Assembly: GCA_036386755.1 (NCBI GenBank)
Contig: DASVVC010000015.1
Coordinates: forward strand, 5,960 to 69,959
DNA from: Telluria sp.
Lineage (GTDB): Bacteria; Pseudomonadota; Gammaproteobacteria; Burkholderiales; Burkholderiaceae_D
DNA: 64,000 bases
Direction of reading: 5' to 3'
The notes beneath the pieces were generated by a model. That model was not told the origin of the DNA, did not search any database, and was given only the letters and a program-made list of their open reading frames with translations. The translations under genes and the position numbers were made by a program. Position 1 is the stretch's first letter. Every line of letters starts with the position of its first letter. Positions 44,016-51,819 of the stretch are shown one piece after another.

Positions 44016-44635
44016 CAGTCTGGCAGGCAGGATGCAATTTCCCGCAGCAGCGACGCGCTGTCCGTATCCGATGGCTTCATGACCTCACCTATGTTGTAGG
44101 CCTCGCGCTCAAGCCCGATCAGCGTTTTCAGCGTCTCAGCGAGCTTCTTCATGCTGTCGACGCGGGATGCGCCGGTGATCACCTTGCGGTAGATGTCGTT
44201 GCGCTTGTCCTGCCCCTTGTCGTCCTCGCTGCGCAGTAACTCGCCCAGCTCCTCGAACAGGTCCAGGCTTTCGGTCTCAATCTCGATCTCGCGCAGCAGG
44301 CTTCGCGCCAGTCGACGGAAGCGTGCAATGTCTCCTCGGTGCGAGATACGCACAGCGGCGATTGCCTCAGCGTTCGCCTCTACGACAAAGGCATCGGTAT
44401 CGGCGCGCTCGATGCGTACCGCATTGCGTACTGCTTCCTTGCGTACCAGATCATCGGACTTCGATTTGATCTTGGCCGCGAGGTCGCGCGTCCATGCGTC
44501 GCGCTTTGCTCTCTTGCGGACCGCCCCCTCGGTGATGCCTTGGGGTGCGGCGATTTCCCGGACGGACAGCAGCCCGGCCCGGTAATCAGACTCAATGCGC
44601 TCCCAGTCCGGCGTAGCCTTGTCGGTCTGCGCCAT
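44015..44635 (-). CDS. Terminase small subunit
   Basis: N-terminal HTH (LSVREIAAPQGITEGAVRKRAKRDAW), helical oligomerisation part, 1-nt overlap with terL. Confidence 0.7.
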   Translation of the reverse strand: MAQTDKATPDWERIESDYRAGLLSVREIAAPQGITEGAVRKRAKRDAWTRDLAAKIKSKSDDLVRKEAVRNAVRIERADTDAFVVEANAEAIAAVRISHRGDIARFRRLARSLLREIEIETESLDLFEELGELLRSEDDKGQDKRNDIYRKVITGASRVDSMKKLAETLKTLIGLEREAYNIGEVMKPSDTDSASLLREIASCLPD

Positions 44636-44662
44636 TGGTGCCTTAGTTAATTTGTATTTCTG

Positions 44663-44908
44663 TCAGTTGCCAACGCACAGCGCTACAGGCGGCATCGAGT
44701 GCCCAATCACCCACAACGCGACAGCTTCGCCGGCATTCAGCGCGACCAACTCTTCGGCGGTCGGGCGCCAGTACGACACGATGGCGGGCTGTCCTTCGCA
44801 CTCAGTGCGGGTGATCGGCAAGGCGCTACACGGAAGCTCTGCCTGGTTCCAACCGGCTGGTGCGCCGAGGACGCCGTTGTTTGATGGGTGCTGCATTTTG
44901 TTCATCAT
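44663..44908 (-). CDS. Hypothetical phage protein
   Basis: 81-aa ORF upstream of the terminase. Confidence 0.5.
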   Translation of the reverse strand: MMNKMQHPSNNGVLGAPAGWNQAELPCSALPITRTECEGQPAIVSYWRPTAEELVALNAGEAVALWVIGHSMPPVALCVGN

Positions 44909-45060
44909 GCCCTTCCTTCTATCCCCGCCCGCGCCACACCGGGACCGCGGTGAGCTGCGGCAGGAGCCTTGTGGCTTTGGTTCGTCGGGGACTGCGCCCG
45001 CTTCCTGTCTCCTGCCGCTGGAGTGCGCTGGCAGGCCGCCTGAACCACAGGCGGAGCGAA

Positions 45061-45252
45061 TTACTTTTGGGTCTTGGCGCGCCGGGCTTGCGGCGTCTCA
45101 GGCACGTGGCCTGCGAAATACTGGCGCGCAAGTTGCGACGGGCCCCCGAGGCGATCATCGCGAATCAAATACTCCACCATGGCGCTAAGGTAAATTCGCC
45201 GGAAGTGCAGAACAGCAGCCCCCGCATAGAGCGATTGCAACGTCTCGATCAT
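45061..45252 (-). CDS. Hypothetical small protein
   Basis: ATGA coupling to the upstream gene. Confidence 0.35.
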   Translation of the reverse strand: MIETLQSLYAGAAVLHFRRIYLSAMVEYLIRDDRLGGPSQLARQYFAGHVPETPQARRAKTQK

Positions 45253-45602
45253 GGCTGGTAAGCCTGACCACCGGCGCTGTGCTGCGCCATGTAAGCGGCG
45301 TGGGCCGAATCGGTGCGAGTGCGCATCCAGGCGTCGAAGTCTTGGTTTGCTTCGGTGCGCTTGGCTCGCGTCATGATCTCGACATTGCCAAAATTATCAA
45401 TCGCTCGCGGCACTAATTCGTATCCCGCGAACACGGCACCCAGTGCAGCAATGCGACCATCGTCAGCGACAGGATGGTACTTGCAGTCAACAGTTACAAT
45501 GCCGCCAGCGCGTACGTGAAGGTCGAATGCGATCACATGATCGGGCAGGCCGAGCAGCTTTTGCAGCGCCGGGTACAGCGCGTCCGCAGTTTGAATCTTC
45601 AT
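45249..45602 (-). CDS. Hypothetical phage protein
   Basis: 117-aa ORF with globular composition. Confidence 0.5.
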   Translation of the reverse strand: MKIQTADALYPALQKLLGLPDHVIAFDLHVRAGGIVTVDCKYHPVADDGRIAALGAVFAGYELVPRAIDNFGNVEIMTRAKRTEANQDFDAWMRTRTDSAHAAYMAQHSAGGQAYQP

Positions 45603-45645
45603 GACATTCCTTTGCGTTGCGCACTAGGCGCGGGTGAGGTTTGAC

Positions 45646-45969
45646 TTACCGGCGCACCGAGATATCGAGCACGACCGACTGGATGCGGCCGACCTGGCGC
45701 GTGGCGTCGACCGTCTCACTGCGCAGCATGTTCACGGTCAGCGCGTCGACCGCCATGCCCGTCGCATCAATGAATGCACCGAGCTCGGTGTTGATCATCG
45801 CTTGCAGGCGCCGCTCAAGGTCGCGGCGCATCTTGGCGATCTCGCTGACCGCGCGCTTGGTCTCGCTCACCGCCGGCCCTGTGCCGCTGGCCGGGGCTTG
45901 CAGATCGAGCGCGGTTGCGTACGTCATATCGACCCATGGCAAAGCGTCGAGGTTCTGGATGCCGTTCAT
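45646..45969 (-). CDS. Hypothetical phage protein
   Basis: 107-aa ORF, coupled to the upstream gene. Confidence 0.5.
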   Translation of the reverse strand: MNGIQNLDALPWVDMTYATALDLQAPASGTGPAVSETKRAVSEIAKMRRDLERRLQAMINTELGAFIDATGMAVDALTVNMLRSETVDATRQVGRIQSVVLDISVRR

Positions 45970-46163
45970 TCGCGCCCCATCATGTGCGGCACCTGGGCGG
46001 CGACTGCTGCAATGCCCTGCCCCAATGTGCCGTATCCCTTAGCGTGCAGGATCTCGTTGGCCTTCGCGCACTCGGACAGGTGCTGGGCCAGGGAGTTGAT
46101 CGTCGTCTCGTCCTTGGCCTCTACGGCGCGGACAATCAGGCTGTACCAGTGGCGGGGAATCAT
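45966..46163 (-). CDS. Hypothetical small protein
   Basis: Start MIPRHWYSL at 46163, overlapping the upstream stop. Confidence 0.45.
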   Translation of the reverse strand: MIPRHWYSLIVRAVEAKDETTINSLAQHLSECAKANEILHAKGYGTLGQGIAAVAAQVPHMMGRE

Positions 46164-46399
46164 GGAGTTTCCTTGATGGTGGTCGATAGTGCGTGCGCCA
46201 TGTGCCGCGCGTAAGTTGATACAGCACGCCAATACGCCGCCATCGGACCTTTCCTGCGGCGCCATGCGTTCTCTGCTTCGGTGTTGGCCTGGTCACGCAG
46301 GTCGCGCATTACTGCCTCAACTCTCTTACGGTCTTCGGCGGGAAGCTGTAGCAGCGCGCGCCCAGCAGGTAAATTCAGTAGCGGATTTAGGTAGCCCAT
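46160..46399 (-). CDS. Hypothetical small protein (first late gene)
   Basis: 79-aa ORF, helical. Confidence 0.45.
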   Translation of the reverse strand: MGYLNPLLNLPAGRALLQLPAEDRKRVEAVMRDLRDQANTEAENAWRRRKGPMAAYWRAVSTYARHMAHALSTTIKETP

Positions 46400-47126
46400 A
46401 ATTCCTTCGTCAGTGGCCGTCGTTGAAATGGGTGCGCAGAAGCAGTGACGAACTGCCCTTCGGGTTGCAACCCTATCTGCGCGTTGAAACGAAAAAGCCC
46501 CGGCCGGCTAGGGTCGAGGCTTCGAATAAGAAGAGCCGCAGTCGCGTATGCGCAGCGGCGAAGAGCGCTGGGAAGCGCCCTGAGGGAGATTGGTGCCGGC
46601 GATGATCCCGGCTTGACCTAAACTATCAGGCCATGGCGCGGCCCGAAGCGGGTCCGGTGCCCGCTGCCTTCCAGCCCGATGGCTGGTGTTCTTTATCCGG
46701 TGTCGATTTCTCGCGGGTCACCCCGCTGCCTTCGTCGCGCATCATCACTGCGCATTTGTTGATGGCCGGCGCGACCCGGCTGTGATATTGGCTTTCGCCT
46801 TGGGGCAGGCCCATCCAACGAGCCGGGAACCAGCACTGACCTATGCGCATTCTCGGTCAGCACATCCTCGTCGAGTCGCATCACGACAGACTAGCTTTGC
46901 GTCGCGCCAGCTAGGCGCATTCATCAACACGGATGACGATTGCTCGGGTTATTAGTCCGGTGCTGGTGCGCATTTAAGCGCGGCTTTGCAATCATCATGC
47001 GTGTTGCCCCTCGTTTCGTGAGGGAGTCGGCTGCTTCGTCGCGCGCGCGTCCGCGAGCTCGGTCAGCAGCACCTGGGTGGTTGCTCAACCCGGCGCGCGT
47101 CGCTATCGGCGCGGCGGGTACGAAAG

Positions 47127-47215
47127 TGGCGGAAGATGGGTAGATTCGAACTCCCGAGGCTGTTACACCTGCTGGTTTTCAAGACCAGTGCCTTCGACCA
47201 CTCGGCCAATCTTCC
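47127..47215 (-). tRNA. tRNA-Ser (anticodon UGA), phage-encoded
   Basis: Reverse complement GGAAGAT...CTGGT-CTTGAAA-ACCAG...long variable arm...GGGAG-TTCGAAT-CTACC-ATCTTCC-G-CCA. One G.A mismatch in the T stem. Confidence 0.85.
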
Positions 47216-47221
47216 TTGAAC

Positions 47222-47309
47222 TGGCGGTAGCACCAGGATTCGAACCTGGGCGGCCTTTCGACCGTGCGGCTTAGCAAGCCGTTGCTTTCGGCCTCTCAGC
47301 CATGCTACC
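47222..47309 (-). tRNA. tRNA-Ser (anticodon GCU), phage-encoded
   Basis: Reverse complement GGTAGCA...CGGC-TTGCTAA-GCCG...long variable arm...CCAGG-TTCGAAT-CCTGG-TGCTACC-G-CCA. Confidence 0.85.
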
Positions 47310-47621
47310 TAAAACTGGTGCCGGTTACAGCGTCCGGCGTCGTGGAACGCAACAACCCATATGGGGCGCATTCCGGGGCAGCGCCGCTGTCAGGCGGACG
47401 CTCGACTGTTTCCTGCGTATAAACTTCGACGTTGGTCGGCCTGATCGATGACGGGTCGCATCTGGCGGCCTATTTTGCCCGTACTACAGCAACCGGAGAT
47501 CAACCCGACTGGCCTCTTGCGAGGGCTTCATTGCGGTGGAACGTGGAGCTACGTCATGGCGCACCTCCTTCGCCAGCTAATCGACGCGGTATGTGCACGC
47601 GGTCGCTTCGCCAGCATTTCA

Positions 47622-47846
47622 TTATGCGTTCAGATCAACGCGTCCGGACCGGGCGCGCTTGGCGTAGAACTCATCCAGCAACCACTCTTGCACGGCGCTC
47701 AGCATGTACCCGAGCTTGCGCTTAGCATCGATCCAGCAATCCGCATCGATATCCCGAATGACGCGATCGCCTTGCACATCGGCGCGTGCAACAAGATCGG
47801 CGCAGATAATCGTGCGCCCATCGAAAACCTGTTCGTAGAAGCGCAT
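47622..47846 (-). CDS. Hypothetical small protein
   Basis: Start MRFYEQVF at 47846. The longer ORF start would include the terminator hairpin. Confidence 0.4.
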   Translation of the reverse strand: MRFYEQVFDGRTIICADLVARADVQGDRVIRDIDADCWIDAKRKLGYMLSAVQEWLLDEFYAKRARSGRVDLNA

Positions 47847-47864
47847 AAAATCCTTGCTAAATGC

Positions 47865-47886
47865 AAAAAGCCACCTCAAGGGTGGC
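47865..47886 (-). terminator. Rho-independent terminator downstream of the Q-like gene
   Basis: Minus strand: GCCACC-cttga-GGTGGC followed by TTTTT. Nearly identical stem to the terminator at 14946. Confidence 0.7.
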
Positions 47887-48087
47887 TTCCGGGTTCGTCC
47901 CCGCTATCTGCGGGGTACTACGTGCGACGGCAACTCGTAAATTTCAGTGCGAGCGAAACCGTTGGTAGGCTTGCACTATATGTGTCTCAGGGGTCGTTGT
48001 CGCTTTCGCGTCTGGCACAAGCCTGAGAGAAATTTACGTTACGTCGAGAACTTCAATTCTACACGAAATACTGTTCGTATACACAGT

Positions 48088-48645
48088 TCATGCGATTTCT
48101 TCCGCCGTCAGGTCGCGCTTACGCAACAGTGCGCTTGCGATGGCTGCGTGCGTCGATTCGATGGCGCCCAGCTCAGACACCATGTCGAGCACCAGCTTTG
48201 CCTCGTAGCCGCTCAGGCCGGTCAATTCGATCTGCCCTGAGCCCTTGCAAGGAATGCACGCGCGCTTGCTCTCGGCGACGCCGGTGCCGTGGCACTGCAC
48301 GCATTTGCCGTCCAAGAAGTGAGCCAGGGAGGCGTTGGCCACGCGGCGAAACGTGATCGGGGCGATTGCAATGTCCTCGGGCTTGACCCAGCGGCGCGCG
48401 GTGCCCTTCTCCGTCACGATGGCGAGCCATTCGCGCAACAGGGCGGCCAAGTTCTGGGCATTGCCCTCGAACTGCTTGCCGAGCGTCCCGTCTGCGTACT
48501 TGACGCGCGAAAGCAGCGACCCGATGTTGCGCGCAGACTTGTCGGCACGCGCAGCCGCTTGCAGCGCATCGGTTTGATGATGGAAGCAGTCATCCATGAG
48601 ATTGGATGAGCCGAGCGATTGAAGGTGTTTTTCAGCGAATCCCAT
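48088..48645 (-). CDS. Putative late-gene regulator (Q-like antiterminator) with double CxxCxGxG zinc finger
   Basis: GKCVQCHGTGVAESKRACIPCKGSGQIE. GGGGA SD. Sits just upstream of the terminator, tRNAs and late operon. Confidence 0.45.
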   Translation of the reverse strand: MGFAEKHLQSLGSSNLMDDCFHHQTDALQAAARADKSARNIGSLLSRVKYADGTLGKQFEGNAQNLAALLREWLAIVTEKGTARRWVKPEDIAIAPITFRRVANASLAHFLDGKCVQCHGTGVAESKRACIPCKGSGQIELTGLSGYEAKLVLDMVSELGAIESTHAAIASALLRKRDLTAEEIA

Positions 48646-48760
48646 AGTTTCCCCACAAGAAGACCTTCCCACCTTACCATATTGCTGCAAGTTTACAAGA
48701 GTCCAATGGGAACTATTTTTCTTCGCTGCAATGCCCAAATCGCTTGACGAACTCGCCCAT

Positions 48761-49189
48761 TCATACTCGCAAGCACCCCAGTCGGTCGAACTCCGCCAGG
48801 GCGGCTGCCGAAGCGCGCGATATCTCGACGTTCGGCACCGTCCGTAGGTAGTCCATAGTCCGACCGACGCCTTCACGCAGCACGGCCAATTCGCCCGCAG
48901 TGCATTCGGTTTTTTCCGTCTCCTGCGCGCGGTGCTGGATCTCGGCTATGGCCAGAACCATGGCCTTTGCGATCGGCAGGATGGGATGTCCGTCCGGGGC
49001 GATCCGGCGCGTCAAGTCGGCGTTGCTCAACAGGTCGTAGACGTGCCGCTCGCAGAAGTGCGGCAGGCCGAGCGCCAAGGAGGCAACATAGCCCGGCATT
49101 TCCATCATCAAGGCTTGGCGCATCCCGAGCGGCTTCACGCATGGCTTGGGATGGTAGGCCTTCGTGCGCTTGGGCTTAGGGCGGCTCAT
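48761..49189 (-). CDS. Hypothetical phage protein
   Basis: 142-aa ORF coupled to rusA. Confidence 0.5.
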   Translation of the reverse strand: MSRPKPKRTKAYHPKPCVKPLGMRQALMMEMPGYVASLALGLPHFCERHVYDLLSNADLTRRIAPDGHPILPIAKAMVLAIAEIQHRAQETEKTECTAGELAVLREGVGRTMDYLRTVPNVEISRASAAALAEFDRLGCLRV

Positions 49190-49614
49190 GCCGAGACCTT
49201 TTCGCTTTCAGTGATGATCACGATGGCGCATGGCGAATCTGCGTAGACCTTGGCCAAGCCAATCCGCACGACCTGAGCATCGTCCCGCCACACAATTCCG
49301 TTGCACCCGTCCTTGATTCCCTTCAGCACGTTGTCGGCGTCTGGCTTCTTCGTTGGCAAAACCTCCCCCAACACCGCCAGCGCGCGGCGTTTGGCCGACC
49401 AGCTTGCGGGAATTTGCATGCGCAGCTCGATGCTCATGTATATCGGAGCGCCGCTCGGGGCCAGGCCTCCCATCGCCTCAGTCGCCGCCATCTTGACCAA
49501 GTTCTCATAGCTGGCGGTCTTCTCCGGCGTGTAGGCGACGACATGGGCGCCACGGCGCGCGAACTTCGGGCGGCCCTTGGCAACCGGCTGGCCGGGGATA
49601 GTGAAGGTGATCAT
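49186..49614 (-). CDS. rusA: RusA-family Holliday junction resolvase
   Basis: GQPVAKGRPKF...PTKKPDADNVLKGIKDGCNGIVWRDDAQVV. Confidence 0.85.
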   Translation of the reverse strand: MITFTIPGQPVAKGRPKFARRGAHVVAYTPEKTASYENLVKMAATEAMGGLAPSGAPIYMSIELRMQIPASWSAKRRALAVLGEVLPTKKPDADNVLKGIKDGCNGIVWRDDAQVVRIGLAKVYADSPCAIVIITESEKVSA

Positions 49615-49865
49615 TTTCCAGCCTCCATGCGCGCGGCAACGGCTTGTGCCATGCTGTGCAATTTGGCGTTAAACCATCGTCGGATGCAGTACGATCGCAC
49701 AACGCTGATGATTGTGTAGAGCATGCCCAGGACGAAGTTTGCGCCCGGCGTAATGTGAAATCCGAAAAGCGGGAAAATGAACATATTGGCTGTGAAGTTG
49801 ATCCCGAAGCCGATGCAAGTATTGATGACCGCTTCGATCAATGATCCGAGTCGCGTCTGATTCAT
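49611..49865 (-). CDS. Small membrane protein
   Basis: Start MNQTRLGSLIEAVIN; two hydrophobic helices. Confidence 0.5.
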   Translation of the reverse strand: MNQTRLGSLIEAVINTCIGFGINFTANMFIFPLFGFHITPGANFVLGMLYTIISVVRSYCIRRWFNAKLHSMAQAVAARMEAGK

Positions 49866-50251
49866 GGCTGCAACTCCTTGGTTGGACGGTCGTCGCCCTG
49901 TTGATAGTTGGACGCGTACAACGTGAGCATGCGTAAATTGCACATCGCGTGGGCCAAGTGCGGCAGCCCGGACTCTGGGTCGCATTCTTCCCCGCGCTGC
50001 CACGCTGCCATGTGCCGCATTGCGCAGGCGAATGGAACGGACCAGGGCATGCCCTTGGTCCAGTTCCAGGCGGCGTACTTCGCCTTCCCATACATCCAGA
50101 CGCGCGCCTCATCTTCGAGCGTGGACATCGGTATCAGCGAAAAATCCGGCTTCCCTCCGTTGAAGCGCGCGCCGCTGCCCTTCTCCTTGCTGTTGACATC
50201 GCCAATACTTTCGATTGCGCCAAATGTCAGCATTTCGTGTTCGCCCATCAT
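49862..50251 (-). CDS. DUF5664-like protein (dATP/dGTP diphosphohydrolase N-terminal-like domain)
   Basis: RFNGGKPDFSLIP...YGKAKYAAWNWTKG...MRHMAAW...DPESGLPHLAHAMCNLRML matches my memory of this family. Confidence 0.5.
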   Translation of the reverse strand: MMGEHEMLTFGAIESIGDVNSKEKGSGARFNGGKPDFSLIPMSTLEDEARVWMYGKAKYAAWNWTKGMPWSVPFACAMRHMAAWQRGEECDPESGLPHLAHAMCNLRMLTLYASNYQQGDDRPTKELQP

Positions 50252-51012
50252 GTTTGCCCTTCCAGTTGTTGTTCCGCCAGGCGCTGCTGCACCTGGTCAT
50301 TCGTTACGCGCTTGAACTCCTCGTCCGCCAAGCGCACGCGCTCCACCTCCGCCAGGCGCTTGCGTTCGCGCTCTTCGGCGCCGTCCTTGATCATCTGCTT
50401 CACCTTGGCCAGCTGCGCGCGGGCTTCGGCATCGGGCGTTGGGTCGCCGGCCGGTCCTTCGAGAAGCGCCGCGGCTGCAGGCGCAGGCAGGCGCCCGGCG
50501 TTGACAGCGCCCTTGATTACCGTCGTGTGCTGCCGCTTGTCCCAGCCGATCGACGCGACCCATTCCGCCGGTCGGTGTGCAGCGCGCGCCTCGGCAACCA
50601 GCCGGGTGTACGCCTCAAGGAACGACTTCCGCGCGCTGATCGCACCGCTCGAGTCGAGCACCGGGCGGCAGATGAACAGCGCAGCTGCAGTCTCCGCCGT
50701 CCATACCACTGTCGATTCTTCATCCCGCCCCGTCAACGCAATCGCCCAAGCCTCCTCGGCACCCGGGCGGCCGTCGCCTTCCGCCATCAGCGCAATTTGC
50801 TCATTGATGTGCGCCGGCTGCGGAACGAACTTCCCGTCCTTGCCCATGATGTGAGCGTGCAGCGCGGCGCGGAACACTTCCAACGGATACTTGGCGACGG
50901 CGCGGAAGAACATCGCCCTGGCATCGGCGCTGAGCACCTTAGTGCCGCAGCTGATCATGTCGTAGGCGTCGTCCAGCAGCTTCGCGAAGGCGTCGTAGTC
51001 ACCTTGGCGCAT
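50248..51012 (-). CDS. Hypothetical early protein (replication-associated?)
   Basis: Start MRQGDYDAF; 254 aa; charged C-terminal coil. Confidence 0.5.
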   Translation of the reverse strand: MRQGDYDAFAKLLDDAYDMISCGTKVLSADARAMFFRAVAKYPLEVFRAALHAHIMGKDGKFVPQPAHINEQIALMAEGDGRPGAEEAWAIALTGRDEESTVVWTAETAAALFICRPVLDSSGAISARKSFLEAYTRLVAEARAAHRPAEWVASIGWDKRQHTTVIKGAVNAGRLPAPAAAALLEGPAGDPTPDAEARAQLAKVKQMIKDGAEERERKRLAEVERVRLADEEFKRVTNDQVQQRLAEQQLEGQT

Positions 51013-51442
51013 CCAGGCCTCCGAACTCGTCATAGCCCCCAAACAGCCGGCGCTTGGCCTCGTCGTTCAGTGACTGGCGCCCCGCGCCGCCGCGCTTGGA
51101 AGCCCAGGGCAGCAAGAAATGCTCGTCGGGTCCGAAGAACGTCGCCGGCTGCTTGATAAAGCGGTCCTCGGTGCGCTCGCTCTTCACGTAGTCGGCGTAG
51201 CGATTCACGCCGGCCAGAATTTCCGCTGGCTTGGCACCACCCTTGACGCGCGCGCCCCAGGCTTTGAATGAACTGACCTTGTTCGCGCCGGAGCGCTGCG
51301 GATAGGCTGCCCAGACCTCCTCAAACTCGTCCGGGTAATCGTTCTTCTTTGCCGGCTTGACCTTGGCCAGCGCGCGTAGTGCGATGACCTCGGCGCGCAA
51401 CACCTCCACCTCGTCAAGCAATTCTTCGTATGTCGGATTCAT
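50999..51442 (-). CDS. Hypothetical early protein
   Basis: 147 aa; FEEVWAAYPQRSGANKVSSFKAW pattern is common in phage early regions. Confidence 0.5.
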   Translation of the reverse strand: MNPTYEELLDEVEVLRAEVIALRALAKVKPAKKNDYPDEFEEVWAAYPQRSGANKVSSFKAWGARVKGGAKPAEILAGVNRYADYVKSERTEDRFIKQPATFFGPDEHFLLPWASKRGGAGRQSLNDEAKRRLFGGYDEFGGLDAPR

Positions 51443-51819
51443 GCGGCACCTCCAAGAATGTTCAGCCAGGTATTCGGTGTCTTAGCCACCCTGTCAGCCG
51501 TAGTTCGAGCGCGACGCCGAGCGTTGTAAATCTCGCAGTTCTCAGGGTGCTTCTTCCTGCTGCGCGCGCTGTAGCAGGCACCTCCCATCGGCTTGAGATT
51601 GCAAGGCGCATCCGGCCCAGGCCCGTAGGAATAGACGCGCTTGATTGGGCCATTCCCGCCCGTGCGCTTCCATCCACTGACGTGGCATACGTTCTCGTCG
51701 CGCATGATTCGGAGCCAGCGGATCACGGACGATTTCGTGAGGCCTGATTTTTCTATTAACTCGGACAGTGCGCCTGGTAGAGCTGCGATTACGACATGGC
51801 GGAATCCTGGGGCGGGCAT
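51439..51819 (-). CDS. Winged-helix DNA-binding protein
   Basis: LSELIEKSGLTKSSVIRWLRIMRDENV is HTH-like. Confidence 0.5.
   Translation of the reverse strand: MPAPGFRHVVIAALPGALSELIEKSGLTKSSVIRWLRIMRDENVCHVSGWKRTGGNGPIKRVYSYGPGPDAPCNLKPMGGACYSARSRKKHPENCEIYNARRRARTTADRVAKTPNTWLNILGGAA

Noticed and set aside
46626-46955. Short ORFs (74-89 aa on both strands) in the spacer downstream of the phage tRNAs.
   Set aside because: They have poor composition, no SD and mutual overlap. The region is treated as non-coding or regulatory pending transcript data.
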